Shown here in pieces: positions 50,712 through 58,492 of a stretch of DNA of 64,000 nucleotides. The notes beneath the pieces are model-generated. The model did not search any database. It saw only the letters and a program-made list of their open reading frames with translations, and had not been told where the DNA came from. Made by a program: the position numbers and the translations under genes. The first letter of the stretch is position 1. Every line of letters begins with the position of its first letter. Origin of the DNA: an uncultured beta proteobacterium. GTDB taxonomy: Bacteria; Pseudomonadota; Gammaproteobacteria; Burkholderiales; Casimicrobiaceae. The stretch covers positions 35,983 through 99,982 of the forward strand of contig CAVUCJ010000010.1 in the NCBI GenBank assembly GCA_963739745.1, written 5' to 3'.

Positions 50712-50873
50712 ATGCTTTATTACGCCGCGCTCTTTCTCGTCATCGCGCTCGTCGCTGCGCTGTTCGGATTCGGCGGTATCGCCGCGGGCGCCGCCGGCAT
50801 CGCGAAGATCCTGTTTTTCATATTCCTCGCCGTCGCCGTGGTCACATTCCTGGTGTCATTGGCGCGAAGATAG
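50712..50873 (+). CDS. DUF1328 small membrane protein (53 aa)
   Basis: [36 protein letters not shown]; CAGGAG RBS. Confidence 0.9.
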   Translation: MLYYAALFLVIALVAALFGFGGIAAGAAGIAKILFFIFLAVAVVTFLVSLARR

Positions 50874-50932
50874 CGCGCCGAGCGCCGGCCGCGCATGTTC
50901 GCCGATATTCCAGGTCAGCGAGGAAAGTATTC

Positions 50933-51508
50933 ATGATTACTACGAAATTGGTCCGCGAGGATGAGTCGCCCGCGTCGACGCCAATTCTGTCTGACGTCCA
51001 GACCCTGCGAAAACGCGCCCGCCAGCATATCGAGGCGGGCGCCGTGACTCCGGGATATGGCGCGAACGCAAGGCAAGTCTGCCAAGTATTGAACGATGCG
51101 CTCGCAACCGAAATAGTTTGTGTGCTGCGGTACAAGCGCCATTACTTCATGGCGCAGGGAATCACCTCCGAATCAGTGAAGGCAGAATTCCTGGCCCATG
51201 CTGGTGAGGAGCAGGCGCACGCAGATGAGATCGCCGGACGGATCGTCCAGCTGGGCGGCGAGCCCGATTTCGACCCGAGCAGTCTCGCCGCCCGCAGCCA
51301 CGCCGAGTACGTGACGGGTTCGACGCTGCGCGACATGATCCGCGAAGACCTGATCGCCGAACGTATCGCGATCGAGAGCTATCGCGAAATCATCGCCTGG
51401 CTCGCCGGCAGGGATTCGACCACGCGCAAGATGATGGAGGGCATCCTCGCAGTCGAGGAGGAGCACGCCGAGGAGATGGCGTCGTTGCTGGCGCGATTGA
51501 AGGAATAG
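50933..51508 (+). CDS. Bacterioferritin/ferritin-like protein
   Basis: LATEIVCVLRY, EEQAHAD..AGRIVQLGG, EDLIAER and EEEHA motifs. Confidence 0.88.
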   Translation: MITTKLVREDESPASTPILSDVQTLRKRARQHIEAGAVTPGYGANARQVCQVLNDALATEIVCVLRYKRHYFMAQGITSESVKAEFLAHAGEEQAHADEIAGRIVQLGGEPDFDPSSLAARSHAEYVTGSTLRDMIREDLIAERIAIESYREIIAWLAGRDSTTRKMMEGILAVEEEHAEEMASLLARLKE

Positions 51509-51652
51509 GGAATAGCGGTCTGCAGCGCTGCGGCCACCGATATCGTGACGGTCGGGGTCGCCGAGACCGGCATGCTCAAACTCCGGTATGCTTAGGCCCG
51601 CACGTACCGGTGCGAGCCGAAAACCAACTCGCCGAAACCAACGCCAATGGCG

Positions 51653-52951
51653 TCACGAACGCCGCCAGAACAGGCTCATCAGCGGCTTGACGCTGATCCC
51701 ATGCAGCACGATGGACAGCGTTACGACGATCAGCGTCGATTGAATCAGGTTGAGGGCCAGCGGTTCGGGCACATGGTGTTGAATGGCATACATCAGGTAG
51801 TAGAGCGAGCCAATGCCTCGCACGCCAAACCACCCGATGAGGCCTCGTATTCGCAGCCGGGTGCGCGTGCCCAGTAACGCGATGAGTACGCTGACCGGGC
51901 GGGCGACAACGAACAGGAACAGTGCCAGCGCCACTGCCTCCCAGCTCCACGAATCGAGAAACAGCGAGCCGCCGACCAGCAGAACCAGGACTACTTCGGA
52001 AAGTCTTTCGAGGTGTTCCTTGAAAACCAGCGAGCCCAGGCTCACCATGGGCGGCGGTCGGCCGGTGTCCGGGAGCCCGCCGGCCGCCGCCGCGGCCGGG
52101 AGTGCCGTATCGGCCGCCGGTGGCGCACTGGTCCGGGTGGCGAGTTTCAACTCGGTATGACGCAGCGCCACGCCGGAGAAAAAGACCGCGAGAAATCCCC
52201 AGGCATCCACCATCACCGACGCACCGTATACCACCCCGATCAATCCCAGGCCCAGGAAGTCGTCCATCAGCTCGTGGTGGTGCGGTGGCTGCCGGAGCGC
52301 GGCACTGCAGTGCGCCAGCGTCGCGCCGCCGAGAACTCCGATGGCGATGGCGGCCAGCGTTGCCCAGAACACGTCCATTAGAAGCCAGTGCATTGCGAAC
52401 TCGCCCAGGTCATGCAGGCCCAGCAGCCCCAGTCCCAGAACAACCAGCGGGAAGGCGCTCCCGTCGTTGATGCCAGCCTCGGCGGTCAGGTAGAAGCGCA
52501 ACTGGTCACGATCGCCTGGGTGGCGGATCTGCACATCGGTGGCAAGCACCGGGTCGGTGGGCGCGAGGATCGCTCCGAGAAGCACGCACGCTCCCAGTGG
52601 TAAGTCGAGGACGTAGAGAGCGAATGCCGCGACCAATCCGACCGTGATTGCCAGCGTCACCGTTGCGAGCATGATCGGCGCGCGCCAGCGGGGGAGGGAA
52701 AACGGTAGCGGCATTTTGACGCCCGCGGAAAAGAGCGAGATCAGGACCGCCACTTCGGCCAGCACCCGGAGCAACTCCGCCTGCTTGAGCGGATTGAAAT
52801 GAAACAGGTTGATTGCGGTCGGGCCCATCAACATCCCGGCCGCCAGATAGATGATGGCCGAAGTGGCGATGGATCGTTTGATCTTTGAAGAGGCCAGGCC
52901 CATCGCGAGCAACAGCCCTCCGACGAGCAAGAACCAGAGCGCGTTTGTCAT
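51653..52951 (-). CDS. CPA1 (NhaP-like) cation:proton antiporter
   Basis: LAPTDPVLA, LTAEAGINDG.AFP and GWFGVRGIGS motifs. Confidence 0.9.
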   Translation of the reverse strand: MTNALWFLLVGGLLLAMGLASSKIKRSIATSAIIYLAAGMLMGPTAINLFHFNPLKQAELLRVLAEVAVLISLFSAGVKMPLPFSLPRWRAPIMLATVTLAITVGLVAAFALYVLDLPLGACVLLGAILAPTDPVLATDVQIRHPGDRDQLRFYLTAEAGINDGSAFPLVVLGLGLLGLHDLGEFAMHWLLMDVFWATLAAIAIGVLGGATLAHCSAALRQPPHHHELMDDFLGLGLIGVVYGASVMVDAWGFLAVFFSGVALRHTELKLATRTSAPPAADTALPAAAAAGGLPDTGRPPPMVSLGSLVFKEHLERLSEVVLVLLVGGSLFLDSWSWEAVALALFLFVVARPVSVLIALLGTRTRLRIRGLIGWFGVRGIGSLYYLMYAIQHHVPEPLALNLIQSTLIVVTLSIVLHGISVKPLMSLFWRRS

Positions 52952-53282
52952 CGGTGGCGTTTCCGGAGCGTGTCGTTGGCAACGAATCGCGTTGATTTCC
53001 AGCTCGGAGCGATCGCTTTCCTGCGATGGTCGTTGCCACCTCTCGGCGCGGCGCTACACGAATCCAGATTGTCGTGTGGCAGCGGCCCTTCGGTGCAGAA
53101 CCCGAGGCGCCGCGCGGCTTGTGACAGGTGCGCGAGTTCCTGCCGCCAGATGGGGCAGGGGAGATCCCGATTGCGAGCTACGACTGCTCCCCGCAACGGG
53201 TATCGGAAGCAAATGCTCGTTCCCAGCGCCGCGCGCGCGTCGCGATGAACCAGCGTCACACCGCCGCAAGCCAATGAAAGAA

Positions 53283-53816
53283 CTACCAGGTTGTCACCAC
53301 GGTCGCGCCGGTTTGGCGCAATTGCCGAACCGCCAAATCGAACTGCTGGCTCGTTTCAGGGTGGACTACCACCGTCCAGCGACCAGCATCTGCCGCCTCG
53401 CGCACGGGACGAATGACAGCCTCGTGATCCGGACGCATGGTGACCAGTCCTCCCACCATCAGGCCCAGCATCGCACCGATCATCATCATGGCAACCAGCG
53501 CCACGGCAGGCGCGTCCACGACCGGCGCGACTCCCGACACATACAGCACTGCAAACAGCATCGATCCGGCGACCACGCCGACCACGCCGCAGGTCGCGTG
53601 CGCGCGCAATACCGTACGCCAGATGCCCGTGGTTTCGGGCTCGACCTTGCGGCCCCACGCGCTGTCGTACGGTTCCACGAGCTGCACCTGGCGTCGTTGG
53701 ATGTCCGGGAGCCGAACAACCTGTTGCGCCGCCGCGCTGGCTGTCGCGAAGTCGTCATAGGCGGCAGCCACCTTGCTCAATGAATGTTCGCCGAACAGGA
53801 GGCTCGTGGCGTTCAT
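53283..53816 (-). CDS. Hypothetical two-TM protein with a general-stress-like fold
   Basis: MNATSLLFGEHSLSKVAAAY..., two TM helices, GRWTVVVHP; GGGAGA RBS. Confidence 0.65.
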   Translation of the reverse strand: MNATSLLFGEHSLSKVAAAYDDFATASAAAQQVVRLPDIQRRQVQLVEPYDSAWGRKVEPETTGIWRTVLRAHATCGVVGVVAGSMLFAVLYVSGVAPVVDAPAVALVAMMMIGAMLGLMVGGLVTMRPDHEAVIRPVREAADAGRWTVVVHPETSQQFDLAVRQLRQTGATVVTTW

Positions 53817-53901
53817 CGAATTCTCCCAAGACTCTCCAAGGCCGCCGGGACGGCGGTCCGGAACTCCAGGACGGCATCGCACGGGAGGCGGCATTCGTGG
53901 A

Positions 53902-54159
53902 TCACGCGGTCTTCCACCAACGCAGGTCCGGCCCGGAGGGCTCGGGCACTCGCGTCCGAAAACCCTGCGCGAAGCGGATTGCCACCGCGACCACCAACAG
54001 CGTCAACGAGCCATACAGCAACAAGTCGTGGGCAGGAACCGGACTGTCAAATCCCGCGAACGTGACCGCCTTGACCGGAGTGGCGGCGGTCGACAGCGCG
54101 CCCAACAGCGTGCATGCGAGGCTGGTCCGTAGGGCATCGAGTTTGCGTGGGGCGTTCAT
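53902..54159 (-). CDS. Small hypothetical membrane protein
   Basis: Signal-like N-terminus plus one TM helix; GGAGGG RBS. Confidence 0.55.
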   Translation of the reverse strand: MNAPRKLDALRTSLACTLLGALSTAATPVKAVTFAGFDSPVPAHDLLLYGSLTLLVVAVAIRFAQGFRTRVPEPSGPDLRWWKTA

Positions 54160-54243
54160 CGCTTGTCCCTCCGTGGGGTTGATGATGAGTGCACTCTAGA
54201 CGGTGAGCGGAGATTGCCCGATCGGCGTCCTTTCGATTCTGGT

Positions 54244-54259
54244 GTCGGACGACTCCGAC
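54244..54259. promoter_or_regulatory. Perfect palindromic operator (T)GTCGGA-CGAC-TCCGAC(A)
   Basis: 7-4-7 inverted repeat; minus-strand TAGAGT at 54198 (61 bp). Confidence 0.72.
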
Positions 54260-54514
54260 AAGCCACCCGCGGCGCGGCCAGGCCGTCCGCGTTGCGCAAT
54301 GCGGCGCGATGTTGGAATTGCATCACGGAATTCGCGTGGCGCCGCGCCGGAGAGCCAACGACGTCAGCGCCCGCCGACAGGAGCTTCGGACTGCAACCGA
54401 TGGCGGTGATTTCCGAATTGACCGATCCTGCAATTGCAAGTCACGCATGCTGCGTCGCGCGTGGAAAGCGCGGGCGTTCGTGCAACCGTGAAATCGGACA
54501 TTTTGGAGAATTCG

Positions 54515-54715
54515 ATGCAAACCGAACCCATGCAGACCGATGGCAAAACGATGATGACCGGCAAGTGTGCGCACGCCGGATGTGCATGCATCGTCGATTC
54601 AGACGAGCGCTATTGCAGCGAATCGTGTCGTGCGCAGGATGCGGGCACCGACGCTACCCACGGCCGATCCTGTGGATGTGGGCACGACGCGTGCACGTCG
54701 GGCCGCGGATCATAG
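54515..54715 (+). CDS. Metallothionein-like Cys/His-rich protein
   Basis: KCAHAGCAC...YCSESC...SCGCGHDAC (8 Cys, 3 His); GGAG RBS; start could be 54530 or 54551. Confidence 0.7.
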   Translation: MQTEPMQTDGKTMMTGKCAHAGCACIVDSDERYCSESCRAQDAGTDATHGRSCGCGHDACTSGRGS

Positions 54716-55422
54716 TCGGGCCTGGCAGGGGGCCGTAGGAATACGGCATTCTCCATCCGAGCGAGTCCAGTGCCCGAAGCCCTCGTGGAAGCATAATATG
54801 CGAGGGACTCGACGAGGCAAGAGACTCGACGTATTGGGCCAACTAGTGGGCATTGTTTTCGTTTTTGCCGGCGATCGTCGCGATGACCGATGCTCGAGAA
54901 GGATGGCAGATGTATTCAACAACCGGAAGTACGAGCCAGGAAATGTCTTCGAATTCGCCGGACATCTACCATCGTTGCGAGCGGCGATCACCAGAACCCT
55001 GGCGGACTTGAACGTCGTTGGCCGGCTGCCGAATTAGCCATCACTCGACCGACAATGTGGCATCCGAGGCATTGCCCGGGCGGTCCGCTCGCTGCCCTTG
55101 GTGGCAGTTGCAGCCAACGCGCGGGGTCCGGCCCAAAGCTCGTGCCATCTGCAACATTTACGATCACGATAGCCGCGCATGGGCGCATCGTAGACTTCGC
55201 GAGATGGCGAATTCCAGGAAGAATCCTGTGGAGCGGTTGAAGCTTTCTACCGGGAGGCGTGCCCGAAGAGTTCGCCGGTAATTCTGCTGCTTCACGGCAT
55301 CCCTTTCGCTTCGCGGACTTTCTCCAACTTGATTCCGCTGTCGGCCGACAGGTACCCAATTGGCCTGCGTTAGGAAAGGGGTGTGGGGCACCCGTACCTC
55401 AAGGAGTCTCCTCCAATGCAAC

Positions 55423-55438
55423 GTCAGACTCGTCTGAC
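55423..55438. promoter_or_regulatory. Perfect palindromic operator (C)GTCAGA-CTCG-TCTGAC(G)
   Basis: 7-4-7 inverted repeat 160 bp upstream of the BON gene; second weaker copy at 55504-55519 with CATTTT 61 bp away. Confidence 0.65.
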
Positions 55439-55597
55439 GATAGCGGATGGTGCGCCCCTACGAAAAGTGGCGCTCTGCGCCGACTGTCCCGAAGGATCCA
55501 TTTCTAGCAGGATACCTACACGCTAGGCAGGAAGTTTAGCGAGGTCCATGCGTAAACGATTGGGCATTTTATCCACAGATTCGAAAAGGAGATCGAC

Positions 55598-55987
55598 ATG
55601 GATAGCCTCTCACGCAAGACATTGCTCGCAGCAGCATTGGTAGGCATTGCCTTAGGAACTGTTGGTTGTGATCAACGCAATTCAGGCGAGACGGTGGGGC
55701 AGAAGTTGGATCGCGCCAGCGACAAGGTTGCGGCCAAGACCGACGAAGCTGCCACCAAGACGGCCGAAGTGCTTGATGACACCGCGTTGACCGCCAAGGT
55801 CAAGGCGGCGATTTTGGAGGAACCCGGCCTTCATTCGCTGCAGATCGGCGTGGAAACGCGTGACGCGGTGGTGACCTTGAGCGGAACGGTCGATACGCCC
55901 AGTTTGAAAGAACGCGCAAAGCAGATAGCAGGCAGTGTTTCCGGCGTACGCGGCGTCGTTGACAACATCGTCACCAAAATGGGATGA
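55598..55987 (+). CDS. BON-domain (OsmY-like) lipoprotein
   Basis: LGTVGC lipobox; DDTALTAKVKAAI and VTLSGTV...GVRGVVDNI motifs. Confidence 0.9.
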   Translation: MDSLSRKTLLAAALVGIALGTVGCDQRNSGETVGQKLDRASDKVAAKTDEAATKTAEVLDDTALTAKVKAAILEEPGLHSLQIGVETRDAVVTLSGTVDTPSLKERAKQIAGSVSGVRGVVDNIVTKMG

Positions 55988-55993
55988 GCCATC

Positions 55994-56224
55994 ATGAACA
56001 CGAGCACTATTCGACGTTGCGCGATTGTGGCCGCCATGGGGGCTTGGGGAATTGGGCTCGCCGGCTGCAGCGGAATGACCACGCGTGATCGCGATACTGT
56101 CATTGGCGCGGGTGTGGGAGCTGTGGGGGGCGCGGCACTCACCAACGGCAATCCGGTTGGGACCGTGGGAGGCGCCGTAGTTGGTGGCGTCATCGGCAAT
56201 CAGGTAGGCAAGGACAAGCATTGA
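55994..56224 (+). CDS. OsmB-like glycine-zipper 2TM lipoprotein
   Basis: LAGC lipobox; DTVIGAGVGAVGGA...GGAVVGGVIGNQV. Confidence 0.88.
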   Translation: MNTSTIRRCAIVAAMGAWGIGLAGCSGMTTRDRDTVIGAGVGAVGGAALTNGNPVGTVGGAVVGGVIGNQVGKDKH

Positions 56225-56749
56225 GCTGCAATCCGCGGGGAATTCCAATCGACGGCCATCGACGGATTGTCGCTGGTCTGAAGTCGTGTAAGGGGTTCCC
56301 CAGCGGAGTTTGCTCGACCGGTCCGCCAATACTCAACCGGGCTACCGAAGCAACGGGACGTGAGCGCATCTAGGCCGCGTCCAACAGAGAATTGAAGTCG
56401 TCCAGGAAGTGGGCGCGTTTCGACGCGCCAGCGATTCGTCCTGCGCGGCCCGACACAGGGTTAGGCGGGCGCGGTTGCGCCCAGTTTTGTTCCAGTGTCC
56501 TGCACGTTGATCCTACCGGCACAATCACCTGGCTACTCGAGCCTCTCCACCCTCGCCAGCATTTGCGGCGATTCCGAGGCGCTCGAGAAACTCGACGACC
56601 TGCTGTTCGCCGGCGGGGGGCAGCGGGGAGGAGCAGCGCGTACCCCGTCCGCGTTGGTCCGACACGCGAATCGTCCTGCGTCCGATCGTCCCGGCGATCA
56701 CGTTCGGGCGTAATGATCTTCATCGAAACACACATCAAGGAGCGGGAAA

Positions 56750-56995
56750 ATGCCCGCAACTGAAACGAAATTACCGGGTTTACGTATGCGGAAATGCTGC
56801 CCGCGTCCGGGTAAGTCCGCGGCGTCGCCGGCATTCGGGGCGCCGCTGCGTTCGTCGCTGCCCACCCTCGAGTGGTTGCCGCTGGCATCGGCCCCGTTCG
56901 CGGTGGCGCGTGGCGTGCTGCAATCGGCGGCGCGATGCGTCCGATCTGGCCTCGGACGACTCCGGCCCGCGCTGGTGGAAGTACCTTACGCCTGA
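56750..56995 (+). CDS. Orphan small ORF (81 aa)
   Basis: AAGGAG RBS; stop abuts the RBS of the next ORF. Confidence 0.4.
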   Translation: MPATETKLPGLRMRKCCPRPGKSAASPAFGAPLRSSLPTLEWLPLASAPFAVARGVLQSAARCVRSGLGRLRPALVEVPYA

Positions 56996-57007
56996 AGGAG
57001 CCTGATC

Positions 57008-57301
57008 ATGTCCACCCGCAACATCGTGCTGTTCCTTCGGTTCTTCGCGGCTTCGTTCGTGACAGCGCTCCTGGTCGTGGCACTCGCCCAGGTTAATGGC
57101 ATCCGGGTGCTCGGGCTGGCGGCGATGGTTTTCGCGGTCTGCGGCTTCGCGTTGCAGTTCGACGAGCTTCGCAGGGAAGACCCGCACGCCTTGGCCGTGC
57201 TCCGTTACCGGGTGCTGCAGCCGCTCCGCCGGACACGCGATGCGCTCGTCCGACTCGCCGCACGGCTGGCGGCCCGACTGCACATCCACGCAGCGCCGTG
57301 A
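57008..57301 (+). CDS. Orphan two-TM small protein (97 aa)
   Basis: AAGGAG RBS; two hydrophobic helices. Confidence 0.6.
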   Translation: MSTRNIVLFLRFFAASFVTALLVVALAQVNGIRVLGLAAMVFAVCGFALQFDELRREDPHALAVLRYRVLQPLRRTRDALVRLAARLAARLHIHAAP

Positions 57302-57487
57302 CCGGGGCCACCGGCGATCTGCTCGAGCTGCGCGGCGAGCGCGACCATGCGGCGATTCCGAAGCCGATGGAAACCGGGAGGCGGCCGTCAATGTCAATGG
57401 CTGTTTCGACTTCCGCAATCAGGCGACGGAATCCTTGCGATCCAAGATCCGCAAAATGGTATGAGTTCGCCCCAAACATGGTTGGGC

Positions 57488-57503
57488 GTAGGCTGAGTCC
57501 CAC
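57488..57503. promoter_or_regulatory. Operator copy GTAGGC-TGAG-TCCCAC
   Basis: 2 mismatches; TAACGT at 57550 (62 bp); 90 bp upstream of the crystallin gene. Confidence 0.6.
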
Positions 57504-57592
57504 GGGAACTTGCGCAGACCGCCGATGGTGACGTGAACGCGCGATGCGCTAACGTGATGCCCATCCGTTACACACGGCAGAATGGAGGCGAT

Positions 57593-58390
57593 ATGAAGCA
57601 GCACGTATTGAAGTTGGCACTGGGCGGCGCTGTTCTCGCCGTCGCGATGCAGGCATCAGCCCAGGTGACACTTTACGAGCGCGGCAATTTGCGTGGGCAG
57701 GTATTCACTGCCAACTGGAACGTGAATGACTTGACCCGATATGGTTTCAACGATCGCGCGTCCTCGCTCGTTGTTCAGAGTGGACAGTGGGAGGTATGCG
57801 AGCACGACAATTTTCAGGGTCAATGCGCGATTCTGCGGCCAGGACAGTATGCAACGCTGAAGGCAATGGGTCTGAACAACAGCATTTCATCGCTCCGCAG
57901 GGTCCAGGGTCCGCCCGCGTATGCCTACGCGCCTCCGCCCGCCGGCCCGCATTATCAATACTACCCGCACCACGGCGAAAAGCTGTACCAGGCGGACGTG
58001 ATCGCCGTTCGGGCAGTGGTCGGCCCGCCTGAGCAGCGGTGCTGGGTGGAACAGCAGCAGGTCCAAGGTCGTAACGATCCCAATGTCGCGGGTGCCATCA
58101 TCGGGGGCGTTCTGGGCGGTGTGTTGGGTCACCAGATTGGCAGTGGGCGAGGCAATGACGTGGCCACGGCCGTGGGTGCCGTCGGAGGCGCGGCCGTAGG
58201 CGCGAACGTCGATCGTGGCGGCCAAACGTACACTCAGAATGTGCAGCGCTGTGCAGCAGTGCCGGGATCGGCGCAGCCTTCGTACTGGGACGTTACCTAC
58301 GTGTTCCGCGGGGCGACGCATCGGGCGCAGCTGAGCTTCGCACCCGGATCCACCATCACCGTGAATCGGCGTGGAGAGCCCCGCGCATAG
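57593..58390 (+). CDS. Secreted beta/gamma-crystallin plus glycine-zipper 2TM protein
   Basis: Signal peptide; FNDRASS and WEVCEHDNFQGQC (crystallin); GAIIGGVLGGVLGHQIGSGRG; GGAGG RBS. Confidence 0.88.
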   Translation: MKQHVLKLALGGAVLAVAMQASAQVTLYERGNLRGQVFTANWNVNDLTRYGFNDRASSLVVQSGQWEVCEHDNFQGQCAILRPGQYATLKAMGLNNSISSLRRVQGPPAYAYAPPPAGPHYQYYPHHGEKLYQADVIAVRAVVGPPEQRCWVEQQQVQGRNDPNVAGAIIGGVLGGVLGHQIGSGRGNDVATAVGAVGGAAVGANVDRGGQTYTQNVQRCAAVPGSAQPSYWDVTYVFRGATHRAQLSFAPGSTITVNRRGEPRA

Positions 58391-58405
58391 TTGTGTATTG
58401 TGTAC
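58163..58405 (+). repeat. About 243-bp direct repeat, copy A (3' end of the crystallin gene)
   Basis: About 95% identical to 62069-62313 (I counted 12 substitutions and one 2-bp indel). Confidence 0.88.
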
Positions 58406-58492
58406 GGGCGGAGTAGTGAAGCGAGGCACCATTGCCACCGTGCGCCGAACGTTTTCGGCAGGTGAGTGATTTGCATTGGGATCGGAGTTGAG

